DNA of 64,000 nucleotides from Octopus vulgaris (lineage: Eukaryota). Shown here piece by piece: positions 1 through 16,109 of the stretch (the stretch's first letter is position 1; each line of letters starts with the position of its first letter). The position numbers and the translations under genes are program-made. Location: positions 193,502,001-193,566,000 of the forward strand of contig OX597815.1 of NCBI GenBank assembly GCA_951406725.2. Reading direction: 5' to 3'. Under the pieces are notes generated by a model, which had not been told where the DNA came from, made no database searches, and saw only the letters and a list, made by a program, of their open reading frames with translations.

Positions 1-893
1 CTTAAACCCCAAATTCTATATATTCCCCTTCTACCAATGTAAAGACGGGATCACCACACAGGAGAGAATTAACAAGGAGAATCTCTTTATGGAAAAATTC
101 CAAACACAACTTAATATGCAAACTCCTCGTTGATCAAACTTCCTTTTTCTACCTCATTCTTCATGTTTGGACTAACACAAATATATAAGGATACCATGCA
201 TTCATCACTTCAAGCTAAAACTTATATTCTTTAAATATCATTTTTACTATTGTTGTTATTACTATCATTTTTATTATATATGATATAACAATCTGAAATG
301 CAATTGTCTATGCAAATTTATATAATTAGAAAATAATATAAATAAAGTGTTAAAATCTGAAAGTTAAGTTAACAAACAATTATATAATAAAGATAATGCA
401 AATGAAGCTAAAATGATAATTTTATAATTTGGGGTTTATCAACAGCCTTTATTGAAGAACTCAAAAGAGTTGTCTCCCCTTATTCACAACACAGGAACTG
501 AAGAACCACAATTACTACTACTTCCTGTCTTGCCAACATCCTTAATTGAACCAAACAACACATGCTCTTAATCCCATTGGATCCTAATACCTCAAGGTAA
601 TTTTTTCGTGAACAATCATTAAACTCAAGATACACAACGAACTCACAATGTATCGGAGTACTTATTTTTTAATTTTTGTACATATTTATTATTATTCTTT
701 TGCAAAAAACAATGCAATTTTCTTTTTTCCCCTTTCTAATTTTTAAAAAACTTTTTAACCTAAATATTCTTGACAAGTCATACAATGACAAAAACCGCTT
801 TGAATAAATATATATTTATATATTTTATCAATTTCTCATTTCATTAAAATTTTCTTTCATTTGAGCATTCTGCATTTTTACAATTTTTCCTTG
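1..893 (+). mobile_element. 3' end of a Penelope-like retroelement (GIY-YIG C-terminus plus 3' UTR/pLTR)
   Basis: Near-identical to 32227-33120, the tail of the RT/GIY-YIG element that starts at 31158. Ends in (TA)n. Confidence 0.85.
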
Positions 894-938
<45 letters not shown>

Positions 939-952
939 TATTTTTTTTTGTA

Positions 953-3822
953 GTTTCAGCTCAGAGCTGCGGCCATGCTGATGCCCCGCCGTTTTATGCT
1001 ACACTGTTATTGCGACGAACCTCGTCTAATATGTGGCACTTGGTGAAGAATGGAGTTTGATACAGCTACTCTCATTTGCACCTCTTGCCGTGAGGTAGGT
1101 TTATCTGGGACTCTTGACAGGAAGATGTCCAGTTTTGATTTAAAAACCGCTACATCTACTTTGTGCAAGTTCCTCAGACTCTTTGGGAGAATATTAAAAA
1201 GCTGTGGGCCCTTGAAACCCAGGCTGTTGCAGAAGCTGGTCCTGAAGCGTGATGGCATTGCTGGGATCTTTGGCACTATGCAGTGTCGTCCCGTTCTAGC
1301 ATTGGTGTAGCTTACAATGCCAAAATTTGGCACAATTCCTTCCAGGATCTTCCAGACATATATTACTGCATACCTCTCCCGTCTTCTCTCCAGGGAGTAG
1401 AGTCTTAGCTGTTTCAACCTTTCCAGTAGCTGAGCTGTTGCAAAGTGACGATCTTCTTTGTGAATCTTCTCTGGATTTCTTCAAGGTCTGCTATTAATTT
1501 TACACTGGTGGGTGACCATAGTTGTGAGCAGTAATCCAGGCGACTGGGGGCGAATGTTCGCCAGAGGACCATCATGGTTTCCTTATCTCTGGTTCTGAAT
1601 GTTCTTAGGATCCACCCAGCCAGTCGTCTGCACTTTGTCGCCATCCTGGTAATGTGCACTTGGAAAGAGGTATCATCACTCATGTCGATACCCAAGTCCC
1701 TCCCTGACTTAGGCTCTGGGATTGAAATTCCCTGTGGACCGGTGTATCCTGTAAGTTTAATATTCAGTTTTGGATGCTGGTAGCGCAGGGCCTGGAATTT
1801 TTCAGCATTAAACTGCATATTATTATCCTCAGCCCATCTGTAGATTGAGTCCAGCTCCTGCTGCAGGTGTGCAACATCGCTGGGGTTCTGTATTTCCTGC
1901 GAGACTTTCGTATCGTCTGCATAGCTGGCCAGAGTGGCTATCCGGGCATTTGAGGGCATATCTGAGAGGGCCACTATAAAAAGCAGTGGTCCCAAGACAG
2001 TGCCCTGTGGAACACCGCTCACTATTTGTGTGTTCATAGAGGTGGCTCCATTAACCACTACTGCCTGACTCCTATCTTTCAGGAAGTCATGCAACCACAC
2101 TCCAAGTTTTCCAGCTATGCCGAGGTCACGTAGTTTGTGGCATATCATACCATGATCCACCTTGTCAAAAGCTTTTGCAAAATCAAGGTAGATTACGTCC
2201 ACATTTGATTTGTTGAGTAACTGCCTCAACACACAGTCATAATGCTGTAAGAGCTGGGTCAGGCAGCTCCTACCTGGTCGAAAACCATGCTGGGTATTAC
2301 TCAGCAAGTTATTTTCCTCAAGGAATGCGATTAGTTTCTTTCTGACTATCCTTTCCATGCCTTTGCTGATGTGTGAAGTCAGAGAGATAGGCCTATAGTT
2401 TTTGGCATCTGCTCTACTTCCCCCTTTATGTATTGGGCATATTATTCCCTCCTTCAGCTTGCTTGGCAGTTTGCCATTCGCAAGAAAGCTCTGGAAGAGA
2501 ATCTTGAAGGGTTTTGCCAGGGCATGCTTACACGCTTTGAGGAGGATGGCTGGGAAACCGTCTGGACCAGCAGATGAGTTTGTGTCCACTTCATCTAAGG
2601 CTAGTAGGACATCTTTTTCGCTAATGTCAATACATTCTATTTTAACCGCCTCGCTGGTTATAGGTGAGGTGGCAAAGAAGTCCACTGGTTCGTTCACTTG
2701 TCTGTGTTCCAACGGGGTTGTAAAGACACTTTTGAACTGGTCATTCAGCATCTCACTGATCATAGTTGGACTGTCTGTGAGGGAGCCATCCTTTTGGAGG
2801 AGGCGTCCTATCTTGTAGTACACTGAGACTGTTTCTTTCACGTAATGAAAGAAGGCCTTTGGGTTTGATTTAATGTTTTTTATAACCCAAGCTTCTTTGC
2901 TTTTTCCTTTACATAGGATTGTTGCAGCCTTTTTTCGATCTCCATCAGTGTTGTTTTTAGGCGGGACGTTTCGCAACTTTTGGGATGTTGGTTGAGACGA
3001 TTTGCAACCTTCGTCCGTTGTCTCATGAGGATCTTCCTGTCTCTTGGAATCTTGCTCCTATTTGTTTTGGCCTTGTGCTCTGGGACATATTTCTGGCATA
3101 CGGCTTGCACAGAAGATATTCTAGTTTCATGTCAATGTCTGGTGTGGAGAGACATTCCGGCCAGTCCTCTCTGAGGATCTCTTTTTGGATCGATTTCCAA
3201 TCTGCTTTGTGGAAGTTCAGATTGGAGAGATTTCAGGTGCTTCCTTTAGGCTGTATGTCTCTGGTTACTTTTGGCCCAAACATTGACAGCTCTATTATGT
3301 TGTGATCCGAAACTGATGTCGGTGTCACTTTCACATCATGAATGATGTCCATATTGTTCGTGAAGCAGAGATTCAGAATTTTATTCGCCCTAGTTGGCTT
3401 GAGTACAACTTGCTCCATGAATAAGGCATTGGTGAGGTTGAGCAGGGACTCCACCTGTACTTGCTTGCAATGATTCATTCCTGAGAGTATGTGACCTTCG
3501 GGCCATTTGACGTTGGGGAAGTTGAACTCACCCATAAGAAATATGGTCACGTGGTGTTCCAGATTCATGAGGATTTCTTTAATTCTTGTGAGGCAATCTT
3601 AAAACTTGCCTATGTGATTTGGGGCATCCGGTGGGCAATATGTATTGCATATGACTATATTATGTTGTCTTATGTATACAATTAAGGTGTCACATACCGA
3701 ATTTGAGTATGTCATCAAGACCTGGGGTGTGAGTTCATCTCGGATGTATACAGCAACTCCACCATGGCTCCTTTCCCTTCTGTCTGTTCGCAGTATGGCA
3801 TAGTTTGGTATGTGTACTTCTG
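953..3822 (-). mobile_element. CR1-clade LINE, 5'-truncated and frameshifted (EN fragments plus RT)
   Basis: ORF 1414-2976 has GPDGF, YRPISLTS, QHGFRPGRSC, YLDFAKAFD, GVPQGTVLGP and YADD. EN remnants at 3233-3568 (GEFN, SDH). C-terminal YSLERRRERY at 1007-1417. 3' stem-loop tail at 953-990. Confidence 0.93.
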
Positions 3823-3835
3823 TATATATATATAT

Positions 3836-4032
3836 TAGACAAGTTGGACAATTAGAACTTCAATTTTAAAGATCAAACAGTTCATGTCCACATTTCCATA
3901 GATCAGACGAAATTTTTGAAGCAATTTTTCTAGAACCGGATACCTGTCATCAACTCTCGTTGGTTTCCAAGGTAATATTTCCTTATTGTCAGACACAGTT
4001 ATCATGGACTGAAAGCAATCAACATCGCTCAT
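3836..4032 (-). mobile_element. Possible decayed hAT-type transposase C-terminal fragment
   Basis: RYPVLEKLLQKFRLIYGNVDMN weakly resembles the YPxLxKL...GNADVERxFS dimerisation motif. By-eye resemblance only. Confidence 0.25.
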
Positions 4033-4082
4033 ATGTAACAGATGCTAATTTAGAACCATCACTAATATCAAGGCAAGGGTAT

Positions 4083-5080
4083 ACACAAAAGTTTCACAGG
4101 CAATACAAAATAAACAAAAGTTTCACAAGCAATACAGAACCCTGAAGACATTATTCACCTGCAATGTGAGCTGGACAAAATATACAAATGGGCTGAAAAG
4201 AATAGCATGCAGTTCAATGCTGAAAGGTTTCAAGCTTTATGCTATCAGCATGCAAAACTAAATGCAATACCCAATGAATACACTGGACCCGCAGGGATTG
4301 CAATCCCAGAGGCACAATCAGTGCGTGACCTGGGTATTTACATGAGTGATGACGCAACCTTTCATGTACATGTTGCTAAATTGGCAATGAAATGTAGACG
4401 ACTGGCCGGATAGATTCTTAGAACCTTTAGAACAAGAGAACAAGAAAACATGATGGTCCTCTGGAGGACACTTGTCCTAAGCCACTTTGACTATTGCTCT
4501 CAGCTATGGTCACCATTCAGTGTCAAGTTGATCACAGAACTTGAGGCGATCCAACGAAGCTACACGAAGAAGATAGCCTCTGTGCAGCATATAAGCTACT
4601 GGGAAAGACTCAAGAGATTAAAACTCTATTCCTTGGAGCGTAGGCGAGAAAGATATGCCATAATATACATCTGGAAGATCCTGGAAGGACTTGTCCCAAA
4701 CTTTGGCATCGAGAGTTACACAAATACCAGAACTAGGCGTCACTGCGTGGTGCCAAGGACTCCAAATTTGCCATCAAGATGTAGGACAAGATACTGTGAT
4801 AGCCTGGGCTTCAGAGGCCCACAGCTCTTCAATATCCTCCCGAGGAACCTGAGGGACTTGCATGGGGTGGATGCAGATGTCTTTAAACTAGGACTGGATC
4901 TCTTCCTGTCAGGTGTCCCGGATGAACCAACTTCACGCCAGGAGGTGCAGATGAGGGCAGCTGCATCAAACTCTCTCATGCACCAAATGGCAGTTGCTAA
5001 AAAGCATTCGTGAAGTAAAATCATGTAGCAACAACAAATGGCGGTGCCCCAGCATGGCCACAGCTCGTGAGCTGAAACTA
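4083..5080 (+). mobile_element. CR1-clade LINE 3' fragment (second subfamily)
   Basis: ORFs 4207-4413 and 4450-5013 encode the post-YADD RT thumb and YSLERRRERY, separated by an in-frame TAG. Tail ggcggtgccccagcatggccacagc...gctgaaac at 5040-5078. Confidence 0.92.
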
Positions 5081-5100
5081 GATAAAATACAAATAAATTT

Positions 5101-8230
<3,130 letters not shown>

Positions 8231-8238
8231 GATACGTT

Positions 8239-8310
8239 CACGCAGTGGGACTGAACACGAAACCATGTGGTTGGTAAGCAAGCTACTTACCACACAGCCA
8301 CTCCTACGCC
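8239..8310 (-). mobile_element. tRNA-derived SINE family A, 5' fragment
   Basis: Reverse complement of the ggcg(c/t)aggagtggctgtgtggtaag head. Confidence 0.85.
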
Positions 8311-8834
8311 TGTTAAGAATATTTATCTTAATACTATTGTTTAATGGATAAAAAGAAAGAACAGTTCAAAGTGATCGTTTAAAGTACCGCAGCAACTCAG
8401 AGTTTCTGATATTGACATTTTTGCTGCTAATGAACCAAAAATAAAATTTTAAACACCCAGTCTCATTGCTTTGAAGGAATGATGTTGTGGAGAAAAACAT
8501 TGGAGGAAAAAGTTACAGAGGTTTAAAAATCGAAAAAACTGTATATTTTTAGCCAATAACGAGACAGAAATTTTCTGCGCTTAGCGGAGCAATGTCAAAT
8601 ATAAGATTGTAGCATCTGACCTGTTCCTTGTAGGTTTCTAAATAAACAGAAATACCTAATAAAATCAACATGTATCATCTTACTGTTTCGTTTAACTTTT
8701 CCTTGACTGTATGGTTTTATAATTTTTTAATTTGTAATAATATATTTGCATGTGTTTACTTTATGCATATTTCTGTATTATGATTACCTGTCATGTACAC
8801 TTGTGTACATCATTAATATATAACTGCATGTTAA

Positions 8835-9245
8835 GGCGGCGAGCTGGCAGAAACGTTAGCACGCCGGGCAAAATGCTTAGCGGTGTTTCGACTACCGTTA
8901 CGTTCTGAGTTCAAATTCCGCCGAGCTCGACTTTGCCTTTCATCCTTTCGGGGTCGATAAATTAAGTACCAGTTACGTACTGGGATCGATATAATCGACT
9001 TCATCCGTTTGTCTGTCCTTGTTTGTCCACTCTGTGTTTAGCCCCTTGTGGGTAGTAAAGAAATAGGTATTCGTCTGCCGTTACATTGTGATTTCAAATT
9101 CCGCCGAGGTCGACTCTGCCTTTCATCCTTTCGGGGTCGATAAATTAAGTACCAGTTACGTACTGGGATCGATATAATCGACTTAATCAGTTTGTCTGTC
9201 CTTGTTTGTCCTCTCTGTGTTTAGCCCCTTGTGGGCAATAAAATA
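8835..9245 (+). mobile_element. tRNA-derived SINE family B with a tandemly duplicated 3' part
   Basis: Head ggcggcgagctggcagaaacgttagc, B box gttcaaattcc; the central domain gcctttcatcctttcggggtcgataaattaagtacc occurs twice. Confidence 0.9.
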
Positions 9246-9498
9246 ATAAATTTATGTGTATGTGTGTGTGTGTGTGTGTGTGAAAAGGGGGCGGCGTCTG
9301 TCTCACGATATGAATAATACTGGTCAACAAAGAATTTGTCCGAAGAAAAAGAATACCGGTATCTTATATTTTTTGTGAAATGATCTTAATTAGCAACGCA
9401 CCTTTGATAATTAATGCTCAATTACTGATTATTTTTACACTAATTAACTTAATTTGCTATAAAAATACTTTTAAAAAATGAAGGTAATAAGAAATATA

Positions 9499-9608
9499 GG
9501 CGTAGGAGTGGCTGTGTGGTAAGTAGCTTGTTTACGAACCACATGGTTCCAAGTTCTTCTACTATAGCCTTGGGCCGACTAAAGCCCTGTGAGTGGATTT
9601 GGTATGTG

Positions 9609-9654
<46 letters not shown>

Positions 9655-9845
9655 TGTGTGTGTGTTTGTCCCCCCAATGCTGGTGTGTTTAGGTCACCGT
9701 AACTTAGCGGTTCGGCAAAAGCGACCGATAGAATAAGTACTTGGCTTACAAAGAATAAGTCCTGGAGTCGATTTGCTCGACTAAAGGGGGTGCTCCAGCA
9801 TGGCCACAGTCAAATGACTGAAACAAGTAAAGGAGTAAAGGAGTA
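9499..9845 (+). mobile_element. tRNA-derived SINE family A (octopus OR/CORE-like), internally deleted
   Basis: A box tggctgtgtgg, internal (TG)n, 3' tail gtgctccagcatggccacagtcaaatgactgaaac. Confidence 0.9.
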
Positions 9846-9885
9846 ACCGAAATGATGAAAATGTCAATATTATGTTGGAAGAAAT

Positions 9886-9916
<31 letters not shown>

Positions 9917-10051
9917 TTTGTTTTCAAACTTAATTTCTCGGTGGGTGGGAAAATTGTTTTGGATTGAAGACGGAAAAATGTGGAGAGGGGTGGTCTCTCT
10001 TGGGTTTGTTTGATTTTCACGACAAAAAAAAAACTATATTTCAACAACTTA

Positions 10052-10214
10052 GGCGCAGGAGTGGCTGTGTGGTAAGTAGCTTGCTTACCAACCACATGCT
10101 TCTGGGATCAATCCCACTGCGTGGCACAGTTGGGCAAGTGTATTCTACTATGGCCTCGGGCTCACTAAAGCTTTGTGAGTGGATTTGGTAGACGGAAACT
10201 GAAAGAAGCCTGTC

Positions 10215-10276
<62 letters not shown>

Positions 10277-10481
10277 GTATGTGTATGTGTATGTTTGTGT
10301 GTCTGTGTTTGTCCCCCTCATCATCGCTGGACAACCGATGTTGGTGTGCTCACGTAACTTAGCGGTTCGGCAAAAGAGACCGATAGAATAAGAGCTAGGC
10401 TTACAAATAATAAGTACTGGAGTCGACGTGTTCGACTAAAGGCAGTGCTCCAGCATGGCCGCAGTCAAATGACTGAAACAA
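10052..10481 (+). mobile_element. tRNA-derived SINE family A, full length
   Basis: tRNA-like head, CORE-like ttgggcaagtg, internal (TG)n, CR1-like 3' tail. Confidence 0.92.
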
Positions 10482-10502
10482 ATATATAAATGTATATATA
10501 TA

Positions 10503-10536
<34 letters not shown>

Positions 10537-10547
10537 CGTATATATAT

Positions 10548-10578
<31 letters not shown>

Positions 10579-10760
10579 AATGTATATATATATATGTATA
10601 TATATATCGTGATGCATATATGCTATTTGAATATGGTTAACCCATAAGGGTGGATGCTACTGTAGTTTGTAGCCCCAGGAAGATACCTCCTCCAGCTGGC
10701 TATAGACACACTATCTGTGTCCTGTCAGTATTTGTGAAGGGGAGTCATCCTCCCCGTCTT

Positions 10761-10830
10761 CAACACATGATACACACATACCCGAGTTTCAAGGTGTTTA
10801 CCTTTCATCAGCGTGTGACAATCATGGTTG
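10761..10830 (-). ncRNA. Type I hammerhead ribozyme, canonical core
   Basis: Minus strand: caac-catgat-tgt-cacacg-CTGATGA-aaggt(aaac)acctt-GAAA-c(tcgg)g-TA/tgtgtg-t-atcatg-t-gttg. Stems I-III all pair. GUA cleavage predicted between 10779 and 10778. Confidence 0.85.
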
Positions 10831-10952
10831 TCGATGAGAAGTCAGATCTCTTCACAAATACATATACTTTTTCCAGTGTCGATTTGACACTGATATGGCA
10901 TATATGCATCACGATGTGTTACCGCTACTGTTTATAACTCGCTCTGAGATTT

Positions 10953-11991
<1,039 letters not shown>

Positions 11992-12192
11992 ATAAATCTC
12001 AGAGCGAGTTATAAACAGTAGCGGTAACACATCGTGATGCATATATGCCATATCAGTGTCAAATCGACAATATATATATATATATACGTATATATATAAA
12101 GGTTAATCCAAACGGGAAAACAGAAAAAACAACAACACGTGGAACAATTAAAATATTATTATTAGGCGCTCAGGAAAAATGGAAGAAGGATG

Positions 12193-12227
12193 GTATGACG
12201 TTTCGAGCGGAGCTCTTCGTCGGAAAC
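12193..12227 (-). ncRNA. Minimal hammerhead-like motif (Penelope type, U4C variant)
   Basis: gttt-CCGACGA-a-gagc(tcc)gctc-GAAA-cgTC/atac on the minus strand. Confidence 0.55.
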
Positions 12228-12474
12228 ATAAGAGAAGGAAGAAAGAAGAAACAAAGATCCCGATGTGGGCGAACAGAGGGAAAAAAACGCGACTGGTGTT
12301 TACGAAGTACACGTATATATATATGTATATATATATATATGTATGTATATATATATGTATATATATATGTATATATATATATTTCAACAATTGAGGGTAA
12401 AATTAATTAATTATTAATCAATTTCACCAAGTGTTCAGAATGCAAAGGGACCATTTAAGGCGAATTCAAATTAT

Positions 12475-12832
12475 TACATTATATAAAAGGGCTTAGTAAA
12501 ATAAATTACTTTGCCGCATACTGAACTCATTAGAAATAGCAGCCAAAAAACTTTTTTAAAAGCTATTTCTAATACTTAAAGAAAATCTCTCTCATATAGT
12601 GTTTGCTTAATTCAACTCACAAAAGTTTGGGGGTAAGGACATCAAAAAAATCAAATGCAAAGGTTGATGTCCTTACCCCCAAACTTTTGTGAGTTGAATT
12701 AAGCAAACACTATATGAGAGAGATTTTCTTTAAGTATTAGAAATAGCTTTTAAAAAAGTTTTTTGGCTGCTATTTCTAATGAGTTCAGTATGCGGCAAAG
12801 TAATTTATTTTACTAAGCCCTTTTATATAATG

Positions 12833-12834
<2 letters not shown>
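12475..12834. repeat. Perfect inverted repeat, 171-bp arms, 18-nt spacer
   Basis: 12475-12645 is the reverse complement of 12664-12834. Confidence 0.95.
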
Positions 12835-12867
<33 letters not shown>

Positions 12868-13241
12868 ATATATATGCGTATATATATATATGTATGTATA
12901 TATATATGTATGTATATATATATATATGTATGTATATATATATATATATATGTATGTATATATGTAGGTCCCGGGTTGATTCGGGGTTAACCACAGTAAG
13001 TAAGGTACTCAATACATAGCAGAGTAAAATTAATTTATTATATAGAAGGAGCTTCTACAGGACTAGTACTGTTTCATTCAAGAGAAAAAAACACCTTTTA
13101 TCAATTCAAAATGAACAATTAAATTACACCATCTAGAAAATTACATATAATAGAAATATTAAATATAAAATAACAATAATATACCGATGATTAAGTAATG
13201 TGCAAAATAATAAACGTATATATTTGGTACACACACACACA

Positions 13242-13273
<32 letters not shown>

Positions 13274-13483
13274 GTTTAGAAATATTTCAGCTATAAATTT
13301 ATTTGATCTAATTTGAATCTAATTAACTGAAGGTATATTACAATATTCTTTAACTTCTGTGAACTGACAGAGAGGACTAGTGAATTATTAACGTATTTTT
13401 ACACAAAGTGTTATAGAGCCATTTAAAGTATGGTTGAGAATATATAATGAAGAATTATATAAAAGTCAATAATATATACTTAC

Positions 13484-13660
13484 TTAAATCCATATTTGTG
13501 AAGAGAAGCTGCTGCGTGAAGTGGATTTAGCTATAGAAGAATGAAATGGTATAAGCTGACAAAATTAGTGATATTACTTGACTTGCGCGTGAAAATATAA
13601 CTATTCTACTGGTTGTAGACTTTGGACTGAGTAAACAATAGTTTATATCAGTGACGTCAT
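13484..13660 (-). promoter_or_regulatory. Putative promoter and first exon (MDL-K) of a CD225 gene copy lying left of the window
   Basis: CRE palindrome TGACGTCA 13652-13659, TATAAA 13647-13642, aaatATGG at 13493, donor ATG GAT TTA A|GTAAGT at 13484/13483. Confidence 0.5.
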
Positions 13661-13812
13661 AAGTCAAGTTCCTAATGTGAGACGGATACCTGTTTGAAGT
13701 TGATATTATTCTTTATCAAATACTTTGTAACATACATGAGTCAATGCATTGCTTACATGTAAATAAGAGTTATATATATCCGGCTGCTATAACTCTTTAT
13801 CATTTTGTTATG

Positions 13813-14201
13813 TACTCTTACTCGCGTTACTCTTTTACTTGTTTCAGTCATTTGACTGCGGCCATGCTGGAGCACCGCCTTTTAGTCGAGCAAATCGACC
13901 CCGGGACTTATTCTTTTGTAAGCCCAATACTTATTCTATCGGTCTCTTTTGCCGAGCCGCTAAGTAACGGGGACATAAACACACCAGCATCAGGGACAAA
14001 CACACACACGCATATATATATATATATATACATATATACGACGGGCTTCTTTCAGTTTCCGTCTACCAAATCCACTCACAAGGCTTTGGTCGGCCCGAGG
14101 CTATAGTAGAAGACACTTGCCCAAGATGCCACGCAGTGGGATTGAACCCGGAACCATGTAGTTGGTAAACAAGCTACTTACCACACGGCCACTCCTGCGC
14201 C
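13813..14201 (-). mobile_element. tRNA-derived SINE family A
   Basis: Reverse complement of the 10052-10481 family. Confidence 0.92.
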
Positions 14202-14653
14202 TATGGTAAACTTACTGAAATATTCTAGATACCACCACTTGTTGTCCGTAATGGAAGGGCATAAGCACGAAGCCGCTTACGCCCTTCTACATCTCAACAT
14301 AACATAAATGAAAATAAAATAAAAAGATAAATACTATTAGCTAAACGGCTGTAATTTTCTTTATAGTAAAGGGGAGACAACTTATATGGGCGATGCATGC
14401 TAGTGGAAGTTACCTCCGAAATATAACGCTGAATCTGACATCCTAAATAGCCAGCAAAATTCCAAGTAGTGTTAATACTAGATGAACAAGTAAAGGTCTA
14501 CACGTTCCTAAATATACTCTCCCTCATAGGCACACGCGGGGGCAAAATTGCAAAAGACCCAAACATTTAAGCGATTAAAAATTAAATCACTTGCTAATGG
14601 CTACCAAGGTTACAAACTCCATGTTCCACCACTGCTTACTAAATCTCTCTTAA

Positions 14654-14825
14654 TCTCTATATATATAAAGCTGAAGTTGTCTGTGTATGGCAGGTTTGGC
14701 AGCCTTCAACTAACACTATTTCCTCCGCAAGTTGACCAAAATTGAGAGTATGATAGAAGAAGGCTTGCTCTTCCTTCCATAGAAGAAAAAATTCAAATCG
14801 GACCATGTTAACACCAAAAATTATT

Positions 14826-14826
<1 letters not shown>
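14654..14826 (+). mobile_element. Non-autonomous Helitron 5' fragment
   Basis: Same tctctatatatataaagctgaa start as 18513-18902; truncated at the (TAG)n tract. Confidence 0.75.
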
Positions 14827-14900
<74 letters not shown>

Positions 14901-14913
14901 CAGCAGCAACAGC

Positions 14914-14990
<77 letters not shown>
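14826..14990. repeat. (TAG)n microsatellite
   Basis: Directly visible. Confidence 0.97.
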
Positions 14991-16109
14991 ATAAAGAGAA
15001 TAGAAAGTACCAGATAATTGACTTTACAATCCCAAATGATGTAAAAATTAATATGAAAGGTATAGCAAAAATAGTGTTGTGAATGGTCAGGGACACTTCT
15101 ATGACCTACTTTGCTTGGGGTGGAGTCTGAAAGTCTGGAATACAAAGTTATAGTCCTTTGTTCACGGAAGAGTGATGGCTTTTGGAAGGACCCCTACCCT
15201 TTTGCCGGTCTAGAAAGGGTCAGAGAAACTACCTTATAAAAAGGAGCTGTGAGTCTGTAAGTCAGTTCCGGCCGGAGAGATTGAGAGACAGTCAGGATTT
15301 GGGATTCAAGGCGAACAGTTGGCCGGAAACTCTGCTAGAGACGAGTCAGTCGAGAACAGAGCAAGTAACAGGTTGTTTTCTGCTGTGACAGATGAAAGAC
15401 AGGGAGGATTAACGAACTAAGAGACTGCAGCGAGAGGGCTTGGCAATTACAGTAGTAATTTTCTGAAATTGTTGCAGACGGAAAAGGAACGTCCGGTAAA
15501 GTTTTGTTTGTGTTAAATTATGTTTTCATATGTGAAGAAAAAGAAGGAAAGAGTTGTGGTATTTATGTAAAAAGAATTGTATTGATACGTGTTACGAAAA
15601 GAAAGAGAAAGAAGAAAGAGAGAAAAAAAGAAAGACTCTGATATAGTCTTTATAGACTGAAAAGAACTCTGAACTTATTTGTCTATGAACATTGTATATG
15701 CCTTTAATGTGATTTGAAACAGAACTGTTGTCTCCGGACTGTATAATGTATTGACTTGTTGTTTACTTCGACGTGTACTCTTTAAATGCTGTTGTTATTG
15801 CATTTGATGTGTTGTTACTTGCATGCTTAAATGCTTTGATGTATCTGATATGTAATTGATGTTGTAACAGTTATTAAGTGTTATAAACTAGTACGTTAAA
15901 TGTGAGCCAATTGCCTTGCCCTCTTTGTGTTGCCTCTGTGTCTCTTCTTGCTGCTGCGGCTGTTGTTGTAGTTGTTGTCTCTCTCTCTCCTCTCCGAGCT
16001 TCCGTGGCGAACATTAACTGATCGAACGGGCCTGTGTGAGGGATTCCGTAACAGCTTTCGTTCGACGGCGGTCCCCCCGTAAGAATTGTAAGGTACCAGG
16101 ACCTAGGCA

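Noticed and set aside
495-530. CTGAAGA as a hammerhead core
   Set aside because: No stem II or GAAA follows.
10052-10130. tRNA-like sequences with A and B boxes
   Set aside because: SINE heads followed by SINE bodies; no complete cloverleaf.
9781-10334. ORFs spanning SINEs (also 13744, 17036, 21732, 22080)
   Set aside because: Chance frames through high-copy non-coding SINEs.
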